A stretch of DNA of 64,000 bases from Candidatus Sysuiplasma jiujiangense (GTDB lineage Archaea; Thermoplasmatota; Thermoplasmata; Sysuiplasmatales; Sysuiplasmataceae), in assembly GCA_019721075.1 (NCBI GenBank), contig JAHEAD010000004.1, forward strand, positions 62,001 through 126,000, written 5' to 3'. The position numbers were made by a program, and so were the translations under genes. A model generated the notes under the pieces. The model did no database searches, was not told where the DNA came from, and saw only the letters and a program-made list of their open reading frames with translations. Shown here piece by piece: positions 8,831-18,897 of this stretch. The number at the start of each line of letters is the position of its first letter. The stretch's first letter is position 1.

Positions 8831-11725
8831 TTACTCAATGAAGATCGCCGGTTTAGAGGGGAAACTGCTGCTCTTTCTTCCGCCAGCCTCGTCGTCGCGC
8901 AGTTCTTCCGCCCTGACCACCAAGACATCGCACCCAAACTCTCTTGAAAGGAATGCACTGTTTTCCTTCAGGCAATCGAACTCATCCACCGCCAGTGCCG
9001 TCTCGGCTGTGGCCTGTAATCTTCCCTGCTGCCTTTCACGGGCAATGTTCCTGAGCAGTTTTTCGAGTCCGTTTCTGTCTGCTCCCTGTATTTTTTTCCT
9101 GAGGGCTGAAGCTTCCTCCCTGCTGTTCCTATATTCCATGTCGAGCAGTTTCCTCTTCCAATCCTCGGCAACAATCAGCCTGATGCTCTTTGGTCTGATA
9201 CCTGTCACCCTGAGTATTTCCTGCACGTCGGACATCACACCTTCAAGATATTTTTCAGCTGTCAGCGATGCGACTTCAACCTTTATGCTCTGCCTGTCAG
9301 GCAGTAGCTGCGTGCATACGGATCCTTCGTGGCCTGCGTTTTCCCAGGCCTCCTCGCACACGTGCGGCGTAAAGGGTGACAGCATAAGAATCTGCATCGA
9401 GACAAAATGATTCATCGTCTTCCTGTTAAGTCTGCCCTCCTTTCTTCTGGTATACCATCGTAATGCATTCTGCATGTCAAGCAGGCTTGCCCTGACAGCC
9501 GGCTTGTAGAGCATATTGTCCATCGCATCGGCGTAAGAGAGGTAGAGTGAGTTAACTGTCGATATCATCCATCTGTCTAAGTAGTCTTCGTCCTGTTCAC
9601 TGAGCCCTTCGAGAGAACGCGCAGTCTCGAGCATCTGTAAAAGCCTCTTTCCCGCTGATTCTGCAAAATCCTGGTCCCAGTTGGGATCGTTGAAACCCTC
9701 ATCTGCATAGGCCTCGGTGATACGCGTGACATCTGCACCGAACATTTCCAGTGCACTGTCGAGGGCGAGCGCATTTCCTGCGGATTTGCTCATCTTCGAA
9801 CCGCTAATTGTTATCCACCCGTTGACGCCGTACGATCTCGGCCATAGCTCTTTAGGGAATAGCGCGACATGGTTGAATATTGAAAAGGTAAGGTGATTTC
9901 CAACGAGGTCCTTGCCAGAATTCCTAAGATCGAGCGGATACCAGTAGAGGAATTCATTTCTCATGGATTCTGCAGACTTCACATCGAATCCGCCTGCCTT
10001 TGCAGCGGCTGCGGCGTTGCCCTTCCCAAGGAAGACGTAGTCGAAAAATTCCGTCCCGATCATCCTGTCTGAAATGTTCCTGCCATCCTGTATCCATTCA
10101 GCTATTGTGTAATAGGCCATGTATATGGTGGAGTCCGAAAGCGATTCTATTTTCCATCCGCTGTCCCAAGGCAGCTCCGTTCCGAGTCCGGTGTGGTGAA
10201 CACATGCCCAGTCCTTCAGCCAGTCTATCACGTTGTCGAACTGTTTCTGCATGAATGCAGGAAAGAAACGCATCGTTGCAACCGCTTCATGCGCAAGTCG
10301 CTTCCACTCATCATCTCCGTAAGCTAGGAACCACTGGTTATCAACGACCTTGACGATGCACTCTGTAAGACATCTGCAGACAACTTCGCCCGATGGCTCA
10401 TAGAATATGTCTGCAGTTCCTTCTTCAATCATTTTTTTCTTTATTGCGTCTCTCGCCGCATCAACCTTCATGCCGGCGTATGGTCCGCATGTCTGGAGCA
10501 TTGTGCCGTTGTAGTAGCCTTCCCTGTATACTTCCTCCCTTGCCGCGTCCAGTTTTTCCTTCTCATTCTGGCTTTGAATGTGCATCCTTTCAATGACCTT
10601 CTTTGCGGGCAGAGTTCCGTAGCCCGGCGTATCAATGATCTCTATCGGCTTAATTTTCAGTACCGTTTCACTTTCTGCCTCATTCATTCTGGAATTTCGT
10701 GCAGTCTTCTTCAGATCGAGCAGCGCGATGTAGTCGTCAGGCGAGTCGCTGGGCACTGAGGTTACAATGCCGGTTCCCTTCGACGGATTCGCAAATGAGG
10801 CCGCCAGTACAGGGATCCATCTGTTCATAGTGCTGGAGAACACCTCCGTCCCGGTCAAGGAACTGCCCTGAACGCTCCCCTTCACCACAACATCCTTGCC
10901 CTGCTCACCGAGCTTTTTTGCACACTCCCTGCTAACAATCCATGTTTCACTGCCGACCTGGCAGCGAACATAGGTAACTTCCGGATTGATCCACAGATTT
11001 GTCTGTCCATATGAGGTTTCAGGTCTCAGTGTTGCGGTAATGATGAATTCACCAGCATGAGTTCTGAATTTCAGCAGCGTGTATTCAGTGGGCGTTTCCC
11101 CCTCACCCCGTAGTCTGTCGTGGTCGCCCACAGGTATATTGTCCTTGGGGCACCAGATTACAGGATGCGAGCCTATCCTTACATAATTTTTCTCTCTCAG
11201 CAGCGTGAATTGCCATCTCACAAATGAATCATAGCTCTTATTCAGCGGTGTGGTGATGAACTTCCTTCTCCAGTCTATCGACATCCCCAGTTTCCGCATG
11301 CTCTTTTCCCATCTTTCAGGAAAATACCTTGTCCAGTATACAGGATCGGCGAAATGCGGTATTTCGCCATCAGGTATGCCCATCGATTTCATCATGTCTA
11401 TCTGTCTGGGCTCTGCTTCGCTTATTCTCTTGGCCGCTGCGACTATGGGCACTCCCGTGCAGTGGAATGCGAAAGGGAACAGTACATTGTAGTTCAGCAT
11501 CCTCCTGTATCTGCACTGGAAGTCTACCCGCAGCGCAGTGAAGGCATGTCCGATATGCGGCAATCCGTTCATGTAGCTGTAAGGATAAGTTGCAAAGAAT
11601 TTTTTTCTGCCGTCCGGAACGGATTCATACAAACCCGTTTCATCCCATTTCCTGCGCCACTTGTCCTCTATGCGGAAAATTTCCTTACGTTCCGATGCCA
11701 CAGCGATGCCTCCATTTCCAACCAA
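8831..11725 (-). CDS. leuS: Leucine--tRNA ligase (archaeal type; probable start GTG at 11701 after GGAGG)
   Basis: YPYSYMNG.PHIGH, TLRPET editing domain, SLSDSTIYMAYYT, KMSKS. Confidence 0.95.
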   Translation of the reverse strand: MVGNGGIAVASERKEIFRIEDKWRRKWDETGLYESVPDGRKKFFATYPYSYMNGLPHIGHAFTALRVDFQCRYRRMLNYNVLFPFAFHCTGVPIVAAAKRISEAEPRQIDMMKSMGIPDGEIPHFADPVYWTRYFPERWEKSMRKLGMSIDWRRKFITTPLNKSYDSFVRWQFTLLREKNYVRIGSHPVIWCPKDNIPVGDHDRLRGEGETPTEYTLLKFRTHAGEFIITATLRPETSYGQTNLWINPEVTYVRCQVGSETWIVSRECAKKLGEQGKDVVVKGSVQGSSLTGTEVFSSTMNRWIPVLAASFANPSKGTGIVTSVPSDSPDDYIALLDLKKTARNSRMNEAESETVLKIKPIEIIDTPGYGTLPAKKVIERMHIQSQNEKEKLDAAREEVYREGYYNGTMLQTCGPYAGMKVDAARDAIKKKMIEEGTADIFYEPSGEVVCRCLTECIVKVVDNQWFLAYGDDEWKRLAHEAVATMRFFPAFMQKQFDNVIDWLKDWACVHHTGLGTELPWDSGWKIESLSDSTIYMAYYTIAEWIQDGRNISDRMIGTEFFDYVFLGKGNAAAAAKAGGFDVKSAESMRNEFLYWYPLDLRNSGKDLVGNHLTFSIFNHVALFPKELWPRSYGVNGWITISGSKMSKSAGNALALDSALEMFGADVTRITEAYADEGFNDPNWDQDFAESAGKRLLQMLETARSLEGLSEQDEDYLDRWMISTVNSLYLSYADAMDNMLYKPAVRASLLDMQNALRWYTRRKEGRLNRKTMNHFVSMQILMLSPFTPHVCEEAWENAGHEGSVCTQLLPDRQSIKVEVASLTAEKYLEGVMSDVQEILRVTGIRPKSIRLIVAEDWKRKLLDMEYRNSREEASALRKKIQGADRNGLEKLLRNIARERQQGRLQATAETALAVDEFDCLKENSAFLSREFGCDVLVVRAEELRDDEAGGRKSSSFPSKPAIFIE

Positions 11726-11746
11726 ATATGTCCAAGCGCAACTGCG

Positions 11747-12262
11747 TTAATAATGATCGTAGTTGACCAGTTCGTGCAGCTGTTTTGCCGGAGGAACAGA
11801 AATTACCTCGCTCGCGGTGCCAAGCGGAGAGATTGAGACAATTCTGCATTCTTCAGGCGCACCTATAATCTCTCTCACCTTTTCCTCCCTGAATGAAAAC
11901 TGCCAGTCTGTATGCATCCCCATCTGGCCGGCCACAATAGTGATGCGCCCGATGAGCATGCCGGCATCTACAGAAAAGCTGTTCAGGTAACCCCCAAGTG
12001 TGGGATATGCATCATCCGGCATCCCGCAGACAATCATTGCAATCGGCGCCTCGATGAGCGATTTGTTGTTGGAACAGGCCGCTGAAATGCTTTTCTTTGT
12101 CTCCTCGCTACGAATGAAAACTATTTTCCATGGCTGTCTGTTGTCCATAGAAGGACAGCTTCTGATGGCCGCACTGAGAAGCTTGAGTTTTGATTCATCA
12201 ATAGGTGTCTGCGAAAATCTCTTCGGCGCTATATTGTTCCTGAAAATTTCATTTGCTTCCAT
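11747..12262 (-). CDS. Nitroreductase family protein
   Basis: AIRSCPSMDNRQPWKIV, APIAMIVC, VREIIGAP. Confidence 0.8.
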   Translation of the reverse strand: MEANEIFRNNIAPKRFSQTPIDESKLKLLSAAIRSCPSMDNRQPWKIVFIRSEETKKSISAACSNNKSLIEAPIAMIVCGMPDDAYPTLGGYLNSFSVDAGMLIGRITIVAGQMGMHTDWQFSFREEKVREIIGAPEECRIVSISPLGTASEVISVPPAKQLHELVNYDHY

Positions 12263-12633
12263 TCAATCATTCGTCCGGACTAACATACAATCACTGAAAA
12301 GTCGGCGGTTCCAACTGCCTCTGAAAACGATTGATCGGTCACAGCATCTCCTCTAAAAAACTGTTACCACGCTGAACTCATCAGCAAAAAGGCCCATCAT
12401 GCTCATGTTATTGCCTGTCTCATACCCTTACTTAAATATTATTTTTTGCATGCGCGCGGCTTTGCTATTGAATCAAAAATTCGCTCCGAATCCTCACGAT
12501 TTTAGGTATTTCAGGGTTAGAGCTACAGCCTATCCGCCTGGATCTGCACCCTAAAGCGCATCGGCTGCATTCAAAAGTCTAATATGCACATGATCGCTTT
12601 GATCCGTTGTCGTTTATTAACAGGTGATCGAAA

Positions 12634-14052
12634 ATGGAATTCAGAAAAGAAATTGATTCTCTTGGCGAAGTGGCTGTTCCGGCGGATGCATATTATGGAG
12701 CCCAGACCCAGCGTGCTCTTCAGAATTTCCAGATTAGCGGAATCCACCCGTTTGATGAATTTCTCTGGGCAACGGCAGCAGTTAAACTCGCGGCAGCAAG
12801 GGCCAACATGATGACGGGTGAACTCGATGCCGGGAAAGGGGAGGCGATTGCCAGGGCAGCACAGGAAATACTCGAGGGCAGACTCAGGGAACAGTTTGTT
12901 GTGGATGTTTTTCAGGCAGGGGCCGGCACGTCCCACAATATGAACGCAAACGAGGTGATAGCAAACCGTGCTATTGAACTCCTTGGAGGCAGACGAGGCG
13001 ACTATACCTTGGTTCATCCCAATGACCATGTTAACATGTCACAGTCCACCAACGACACCGTTCCGACAGCAATCCGCATCTCATCCATCAGACTTATATC
13101 TGAGCTGAATGCTGAACTCAAACTGCTCATAGAATCGCTGAACCGAAAGGGGAGAGAGTTCGACAATGTTGTAAAATCGGGAAGAACCCATCTGGAGGAT
13201 GCAGCGCCAGTAAGGCTTGGCCAGGAATTCAGGGCATATGCCGACATGCTTGATTATGATATGAAGAGGCTTGCCCACGTGATGGAAAACCTGTCGGAAC
13301 TGAACATCGGTGCAACTGCCGTTGGAACCGGAGTTAACGCCGATCCGCTTTACGTGAAGAAAGTGGTGAGTGAGCTGACCTCAATTACAGGTTTCAGGCT
13401 GAAGAATGGAAAAAGTCTCATGGCGCTTACGCAGTCGATGACAGACTTCGTTGAAGCATCGGGAGCTGTGAAGGCGCTGTCTTCTGATATCACAAAGATT
13501 GCAAATGACATCAGACTCATGAATTCGGGTCCTGTGACAGGCCTTGGGGAAATCACTGTTCCGCCTGTTCAGCCCGGCTCTTCAATAATGCCGGGAAAGG
13601 TCAATCCTGTTATTGCTGAATGCATGAACATGATTGCATTCCAGTGCATGGGCAATGATCTGTCGCTTCTGTTTGCGTCCCAGGCCGGACAGCTTGAGCT
13701 GAATGTGATGATGCCCCTAATAGCCTTCGATATGCTCTTTTCGCTCAGGATTATGAAGAATGGTTTGCGTATGTTCCGCGAAAAACTGATAGACGGAATT
13801 GCAGCCAACGAACAGAAATGCAGGGAAATGGTCGAAAGATCGCCCGGAATTGCTCTGGTGCTCAATCCTTACATCGGATACGGAAGGGCGGCAGAGGCGG
13901 TGAAGGAATCGCTGAAGACAGGTAAGGCAATCAGGCAGATCGTGCTGGAAAGAGGATGGCTGGACAGCAAGATACTAGACAGCGTACTTGATTTCTACGC
14001 GATGACCGAGCCGGGGATAAAGGGGAAGAAACCCGGCAGGCGTTCAAATTGA
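12634..14052 (+). CDS. Aspartate ammonia-lyase / class II fumarase family
   Basis: YYGAQTQRA, GAGTSHNMNANEV, SQSTND, GRTHL.DA, GSSIMPGKVNP signature. Confidence 0.9.
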   Translation: MEFRKEIDSLGEVAVPADAYYGAQTQRALQNFQISGIHPFDEFLWATAAVKLAAARANMMTGELDAGKGEAIARAAQEILEGRLREQFVVDVFQAGAGTSHNMNANEVIANRAIELLGGRRGDYTLVHPNDHVNMSQSTNDTVPTAIRISSIRLISELNAELKLLIESLNRKGREFDNVVKSGRTHLEDAAPVRLGQEFRAYADMLDYDMKRLAHVMENLSELNIGATAVGTGVNADPLYVKKVVSELTSITGFRLKNGKSLMALTQSMTDFVEASGAVKALSSDITKIANDIRLMNSGPVTGLGEITVPPVQPGSSIMPGKVNPVIAECMNMIAFQCMGNDLSLLFASQAGQLELNVMMPLIAFDMLFSLRIMKNGLRMFREKLIDGIAANEQKCREMVERSPGIALVLNPYIGYGRAAEAVKESLKTGKAIRQIVLERGWLDSKILDSVLDFYAMTEPGIKGKKPGRRSN

Positions 14053-14286
14053 ATTAATGCGGAAGCGGCGTTCAGCGGGATGCAACTCCGTGATCCACGG
14101 AGGCTTTTCATGTATTCGCCAAGCCATGAATAAAATGGGCCATGCCGCGCCATGTTTCCCAGTGTTTCGATATGTTGACTGTGAATGATGCGCTTGCGTT
14201 GCGCTGATTGTGTGTTGTTTAATCATCTATTTATAATCCCTGCTTTTTGCTCATTACTGAAACGCTGATAAACCGAGGTTATAAGA

Positions 14287-15051
14287 ATGGTTGAGGCAAG
14301 TGTTCAGGCAGGGGCTCCGGCCCAGGTCACCCAGAGACGGAGAGTTACCAGAGGCGAATACGTTGTTGCTTTCAATGAGGAAACAAACCCCGAAGTCAAT
14401 GTGATAAGGTTCAACCCCACAAACGGCCAGATGTTTGATTTTGAACCGGGACAGTTTGTTTCGATTTCTGCTGTCAAACCAGACGGCAAGAAGATCGCAA
14501 GGGACTATTCAATCTTCTCCCCTCCCTCCTTCAGGGATGGCTTCGAGCTCTGCATCAAAAGAGTTGAGGGCGGCTTTATGTCAAACTACCTCTGCGATCT
14601 GAAGAATGGCGACAAAATAAATGCAATAGGGCCAATGGGTGCATTCACTATCAGGAAGCCGCTGCCGCCCGAAATATTCTTCGTTTCGACCGGAACCGGC
14701 GTCGCACCATTCAGGAGCATGGCTGAAACAATGCTTTCGCAGGGCGTAGGCGAGCAGATATATCTGATATTCGGAACAAGGCACCCGGAAGACATCATTT
14801 ACCGCTCCTATTTCGAGGAACTTGAGAGCAAGTACAGCAATTTCCATTATCTGCCCACTCTCAGCAGGGCAGATGACACCTGGAAGGGTCACAGGGGGCA
14901 TGTCCAGGAAACGCTGAAGAAATACCTGCAGGATCCTGCAAGGAAGGATGTCTATATATGCGGCCTGCAGATAATGGTCGACCAGGTGAAGGATCTGGCT
15001 GTTTCCTCGGGGGTCAGTCCAAACAATGTCTACTATGAGCGTTATGACTGA
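14287..15051 (+). CDS. FAD-binding ferredoxin-NAD(P) reductase-type oxidoreductase
   Basis: FEPGQFV, RDYSI, GGFMS.YL, GPMG.F, TGTGVAPF, YICG, ERY. Confidence 0.88.
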   Translation: MVEASVQAGAPAQVTQRRRVTRGEYVVAFNEETNPEVNVIRFNPTNGQMFDFEPGQFVSISAVKPDGKKIARDYSIFSPPSFRDGFELCIKRVEGGFMSNYLCDLKNGDKINAIGPMGAFTIRKPLPPEIFFVSTGTGVAPFRSMAETMLSQGVGEQIYLIFGTRHPEDIIYRSYFEELESKYSNFHYLPTLSRADDTWKGHRGHVQETLKKYLQDPARKDVYICGLQIMVDQVKDLAVSSGVSPNNVYYERYD

Positions 15052-15161
15052 ATGCAGTTTCGTCAGTGCCCCTCAAGACAACCGCACATTCAATCAGCAT
15101 TAAATACGAATTAATGTTCACAGGTACAGCAGGTAATCCCGCTGTAAAACTGCAGGTGATA

Positions 15162-15458
15162 ATGCTGCCGGAATACAAGCTGCCGGAACGATGTGACGAA
15201 TGCCCTTTTTTTATACAGGTCTTCACTCAGGAGCTGAAGAGGCGGACACCGGATGGCCTGAAATCGGTTCCTGTTCTCACCGGGCTGTGCGGTGCGATGC
15301 GCCTGAGTGAAATAAGGGTGAATGTTCCGCGGTACGAAACAACGCACAGGCGCGCAGGTGACTCAAAATGCTATTTTTCATCGGGGGAGGGCATAGTGCT
15401 CTCCACGAAGGTTGCATGGCTTGTCGAAAAACAGAGGATTCTCAAAACCTCGAGCTGA
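15162..15458 (+). CDS. Small Cys-containing hypothetical protein
   Basis: ATG 15162 preceded by AGGTGAT; CDEC...C...C; fills the gap between convergent genes. Confidence 0.5.
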   Translation: MLPEYKLPERCDECPFFIQVFTQELKRRTPDGLKSVPVLTGLCGAMRLSEIRVNVPRYETTHRRAGDSKCYFSSGEGIVLSTKVAWLVEKQRILKTSS

Positions 15459-15468
15459 TGACATGCAA

Positions 15469-16311
15469 TCAGAAAATTCTTGACGCGTGCGCCATTTCCG
15501 ACGTGGCAGCCTCTCCTGTGCCCTGATCGGAAATTGCGATAAGGCCTACAGACACATCCTGCTCGTAGAGTGCAACGCCCTTCTCCACAGCCTGCTGCGG
15601 ATGCATTCCACCCTCAATCAAATCGTAGACCGTTTTGGAAAGGACCTTCCTTATTATTTCCTCACCTATCCCGGTTGCAGCAACAGCCCCGGCACTGCCG
15701 GCATAAATGCCGCAGCCGATCATAGGCACATCGCCAACCCTCCCTTTCAGCGCTGGAAAAGTTCCGCCTGTTGAGTTTGCTGCCGCAAACTCTCCATCTG
15801 CATCTCTCCCAACCGCCCCTACTGTGTCCACATTGTAATATCTCCAGTTTTCAGGCCACTTTGGTCTCTTCCCTGACTTGAATTCCTCAAGTCCGGTCCT
15901 GAGCCTTTCCCTCGTCCTTTGCGTACTGTTGTCGTATTTCCCGAAGCCCTTCTTTTCAGCAAATTCCTGGGCACCTTCGGCAACAAGCAGAATATGCGGC
16001 GTCTTCATCACTTCACAGGCGACCCTGATGGGATTCCTGATCTCCCTGAGGGAGGCGACCGCTCCGCATTTGCCTGCTGATGTCATAACTGCTGCGTCCA
16101 TATAGGCGACACCGTCAAATCTCAGTACAGAACCAGTTCCTGCATTGAAACGATCATCGTCTTCCATTACCGTGACTGCCTCCACAACCGCCTCGAGAGC
16201 GCTTCCGCCTGTCCGGAGAAAGGAAAACCCTGTTTCGGCAGCACGCGCCGGTCCGTCGCTCAGACTCGCGGGAGACCCTGCGCCTCCGTGGACTGCGATC
16301 CCATATTTCAC
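15469..16311 (-). CDS. Isoaspartyl peptidase / L-asparaginase (Ntn hydrolase)
   Basis: IAVHGGAG, FNAGTGS, MDAA.M, DTVGAV (autocleavage Thr), STGG, GRVGD.P..G.G.YA. Confidence 0.92.
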   Translation of the reverse strand: MKYGIAVHGGAGSPASLSDGPARAAETGFSFLRTGGSALEAVVEAVTVMEDDDRFNAGTGSVLRFDGVAYMDAAVMTSAGKCGAVASLREIRNPIRVACEVMKTPHILLVAEGAQEFAEKKGFGKYDNSTQRTRERLRTGLEEFKSGKRPKWPENWRYYNVDTVGAVGRDADGEFAAANSTGGTFPALKGRVGDVPMIGCGIYAGSAGAVAATGIGEEIIRKVLSKTVYDLIEGGMHPQQAVEKGVALYEQDVSVGLIAISDQGTGEAATSEMAHASRIF

Positions 16312-16419
16312 GGCAGACCATCCGTTCTTATTATCTCAAACTTTTGGAACCTTTTGCCGTTATTTTGCTCCGTAGGCATGCGTATTCTGTCTGTTCACAG
16401 ACAGATGCTGCAGGCTGAT

Positions 16420-17109
16420 TCAAAGCAGTTCGTCCAGCAGGGCAGGCAGATCCCTCCTTACGCATACAAACATAGGCGTATCCCTCACAGTGTAGCGGCT
16501 TGCTTCCGTATTTCGCAATTCCATCACGAGTGTCTGAAAAGCATACAGGTCGTTTCCGTCGAAGGACAGGAAGAAATCCTGATCTCCGATTCCGAACGAA
16601 TAAGCTGTGTTAATGCGCACACCGGGATATTTCCTGCCGACCATGATATGCTCCTGCATTATTCTCCTTCTCTCCTGCGGTGAAAGCAGATACCATTCCC
16701 TTGTCTTTATGAAGGGGTAGACAAAAAGCAGCTCCCCTTCCCCACTCTTCAGATGCACTTCAGATTCGCCGTCCGCGCTGTACTCGGAAGAGCGTTTTGT
16801 GCACAGATAGGTGTAGGGTGTCTCCAGATATCTGAACAGTTTCAGTTTGCGGGAGGCAGCAAGCCTGCGCTGCATTTCCAGAACATCCGCATGGCTGAAA
16901 TGCAGCATGAAGTCGGTTTCAGGCCGCAGCCCTGCCAGCGAATAGGAGTTCACGAGCAGCCCGCTGTTCTCCATGTAGCCGCTGAATTCCTCTTTCATCT
17001 GCGTTCTCTCTACCCCGCTTCTGTCCATTGCCTGTCTTGAAATTCTGTAGAAGGCAAAGTTATGTATCTCAGTTCTTCCGTCCCGGCTGTCTTCGCCCAT
17101 TGAAATCAC
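16420..17109 (-). CDS. Coproheme decarboxylase / chlorite dismutase family (ChdC/HemQ-like)
   Basis: YSL.GLR..TDF, YPFIKTREWYLL...ER..IM.EH...G..Y, YSFGI.DQDF, LR.TEAS.YT. Confidence 0.85.
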   Translation of the reverse strand: MISMGEDSRDGRTEIHNFAFYRISRQAMDRSGVERTQMKEEFSGYMENSGLLVNSYSLAGLRPETDFMLHFSHADVLEMQRRLAASRKLKLFRYLETPYTYLCTKRSSEYSADGESEVHLKSGEGELLFVYPFIKTREWYLLSPQERRRIMQEHIMVGRKYPGVRINTAYSFGIGDQDFFLSFDGNDLYAFQTLVMELRNTEASRYTVRDTPMFVCVRRDLPALLDELL

Positions 17110-18116
17110 ACAAAATATTCCACTCGCTGCTTTTTGTATTCCTTGGTGCTGTAAAGTATGACATAGTCCGCTATTCCAGTCTGTTTTGAAATTTCCTCAG
17201 CAATCTTTTCACATTCCTTCCTCTCCCTGCCGTGTATCATCGTAAAAGTGCTGTATGGCCAGTCTTCATAAGTCGGGCGCATATAACAATGGCTCACCTC
17301 ATTGATTTTGGACGTCACATCAGCAATCCTTGCAGAATCCTGCTCATCAGCCTTCCAGCAGACCATCCCGTTAGCCACAAATCCGGCCTTCTGATGTCTC
17401 AGGATCGCCGCAAATCTCCTCATGACACCGAGCCTCTGGTAGTAGTCGAACTTCCCGAAGAGTTCTTTTACGCTCATGCCCAGTTCATCAGCCACAGGAT
17501 TGAACGGCCTCTCAATGATACGAATATCTTTCTGGGTTGCCCTTATGAACCTCTTGTCATCCTCGCCCGCCGAAAATGGCGTTTCCCACTGTCTTCTGTC
17601 TTTCTGTTGCTTCATTTCTTCCCCGGTCATATTGAGTCTAACGCCAATCTTGTAGAGTTTCAGCGCAGGAAGGAGATGCCAGCGGCGGATCCCATTCTCC
17701 TCTGCAAGCCTGGCCGCCTCGGCCGTGACATCTGTTCCGGGAGGCGTCGCCAGCGTGAACCAGAGATTGAATTCACTGTCCCTCCTGTAATTGTGGCTCA
17801 CTCCGGGATGCATGTTTATGCGTTCAGCAACGGCATCCACATCCCCATCCCCCACAGCAAAAGATACGAGAGTGCTGGAATACCCAAGTCTTCTGGTGTC
17901 GTAGATTGCGTTAATCTGCCTGATTATTCCGGATGCTTTCAGCTTCGAAACACGCGAAATTGCGTCGCTTTCATCAGTGCCGACCTTCCTTCCGATTGCA
18001 GCGAACGGCTTCTCGTCCAGCGGGAATTCCCACTGTATTTCGTTCAGCAGTTTTCTATCCGTACCGTCGAGCAAGTCTGTGGCATCCTCATGTCTGCCAT
18101 CACTCCTGCTTATCAA
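17106..18116 (-). CDS. Fused siroheme decarboxylase AhbA-AhbB (NirDL/GH-like)
   Basis: Two Lrp/AsnC-like halves: FPL..PF..IG, VSHNYRR..FNLWFT; RRFAA.LRH..AGF.ANGM, VSHCY.RP...WPY..FTMIHG. Confidence 0.9.
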   Translation of the reverse strand: MISRSDGRHEDATDLLDGTDRKLLNEIQWEFPLDEKPFAAIGRKVGTDESDAISRVSKLKASGIIRQINAIYDTRRLGYSSTLVSFAVGDGDVDAVAERINMHPGVSHNYRRDSEFNLWFTLATPPGTDVTAEAARLAEENGIRRWHLLPALKLYKIGVRLNMTGEEMKQQKDRRQWETPFSAGEDDKRFIRATQKDIRIIERPFNPVADELGMSVKELFGKFDYYQRLGVMRRFAAILRHQKAGFVANGMVCWKADEQDSARIADVTSKINEVSHCYMRPTYEDWPYSTFTMIHGRERKECEKIAEEISKQTGIADYVILYSTKEYKKQRVEYFV

Positions 18117-18792
18117 ACGAATTCACCTTCCTGACGGCAAGCTCGGCCGCCTCGGCCTTCCTTCCCTGATCCAGCAGTATCCATATTTCAGGATCGTATA
18201 CAATGGAGCAGAGCATCTCCCGTCTGCGTGACATTTCGGGTATGGAATGGCGAAGTCTGCTCCTGAGCGCTGTCTGCAAATCAAGCATTTCCCAGAAACT
18301 TCTGTTAAGTGCATTCATTATTGTCTCTTTAGTAAATCTTGCCATGGTAGGGGACATTCCGTTTGTGGAAATGGATATTGTAAGCGGTCCTCCCTTGATC
18401 ATAGAACCGAAATAAACATCTGATGATGTTACGTCGACGTTATTGCACAATATCCCCTTTTCAGCACAGTAGTTCATCACGACATTGTTGAATTCGTGAT
18501 CGTCGGTCGCGCATATAACCAGAAAGGGATTGCCAATTGCCTTCAGAATGTCATTTCCATGTGCTTTTATTTTGCCTACATTCAGGTTTTCAAAGTCATC
18601 GCTGAATGTGTCGCTGTAAACAGTGACGGACCCTGCATAGGGTGAAAGAAGGGCAGCCTTGTGAAACGCTATGTCGCCGCCCCCGACGATTACGACATCC
18701 CTTTCCGCCAGGTTTATCAGAAGCGGAAAATGCCCTGCATGTTCCGGGGAACTGCCGTTGTCATCCCCAATGGAATTTAGTGTCTCTTCCAT
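18100..18792 (-). CDS. Precorrin-2 dehydrogenase / sirohydrochlorin ferrochelatase (SirC/Met8-like)
   Basis: FPLL.NL....V.IVGGG.IA..K, LVICATDD..FN, CNNVD, ISISTNG.SP. Confidence 0.88.
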   Translation of the reverse strand: MEETLNSIGDDNGSSPEHAGHFPLLINLAERDVVIVGGGDIAFHKAALLSPYAGSVTVYSDTFSDDFENLNVGKIKAHGNDILKAIGNPFLVICATDDHEFNNVVMNYCAEKGILCNNVDVTSSDVYFGSMIKGGPLTISISTNGMSPTMARFTKETIMNALNRSFWEMLDLQTALRSRLRHSIPEMSRRREMLCSIVYDPEIWILLDQGRKAEAAELAVRKVNSFDKQE

Positions 18793-18897
18793 TATCTCGG
18801 CTGCCTATTTGCTGAACCGATATAAGTAGTCTGCAGAAGTGCCTGTGTCATTTATTGCGCCGATAGCAGCGGGTGGCGCTCGGTTCCGGGGCAGCGC

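Noticed and set aside
12371..12385. GCTGA-N5-TCAGC hairpin containing CTGATGA on the minus strand (hammerhead or C-box-like)
   Set aside because: No matching GAAA core or stems, and no downstream CTGA D box at the right spacing.
17232..18134. 300-aa plus-strand ORF
   Set aside because: Antisense shadow of the well-supported ahbAB gene; no motifs.
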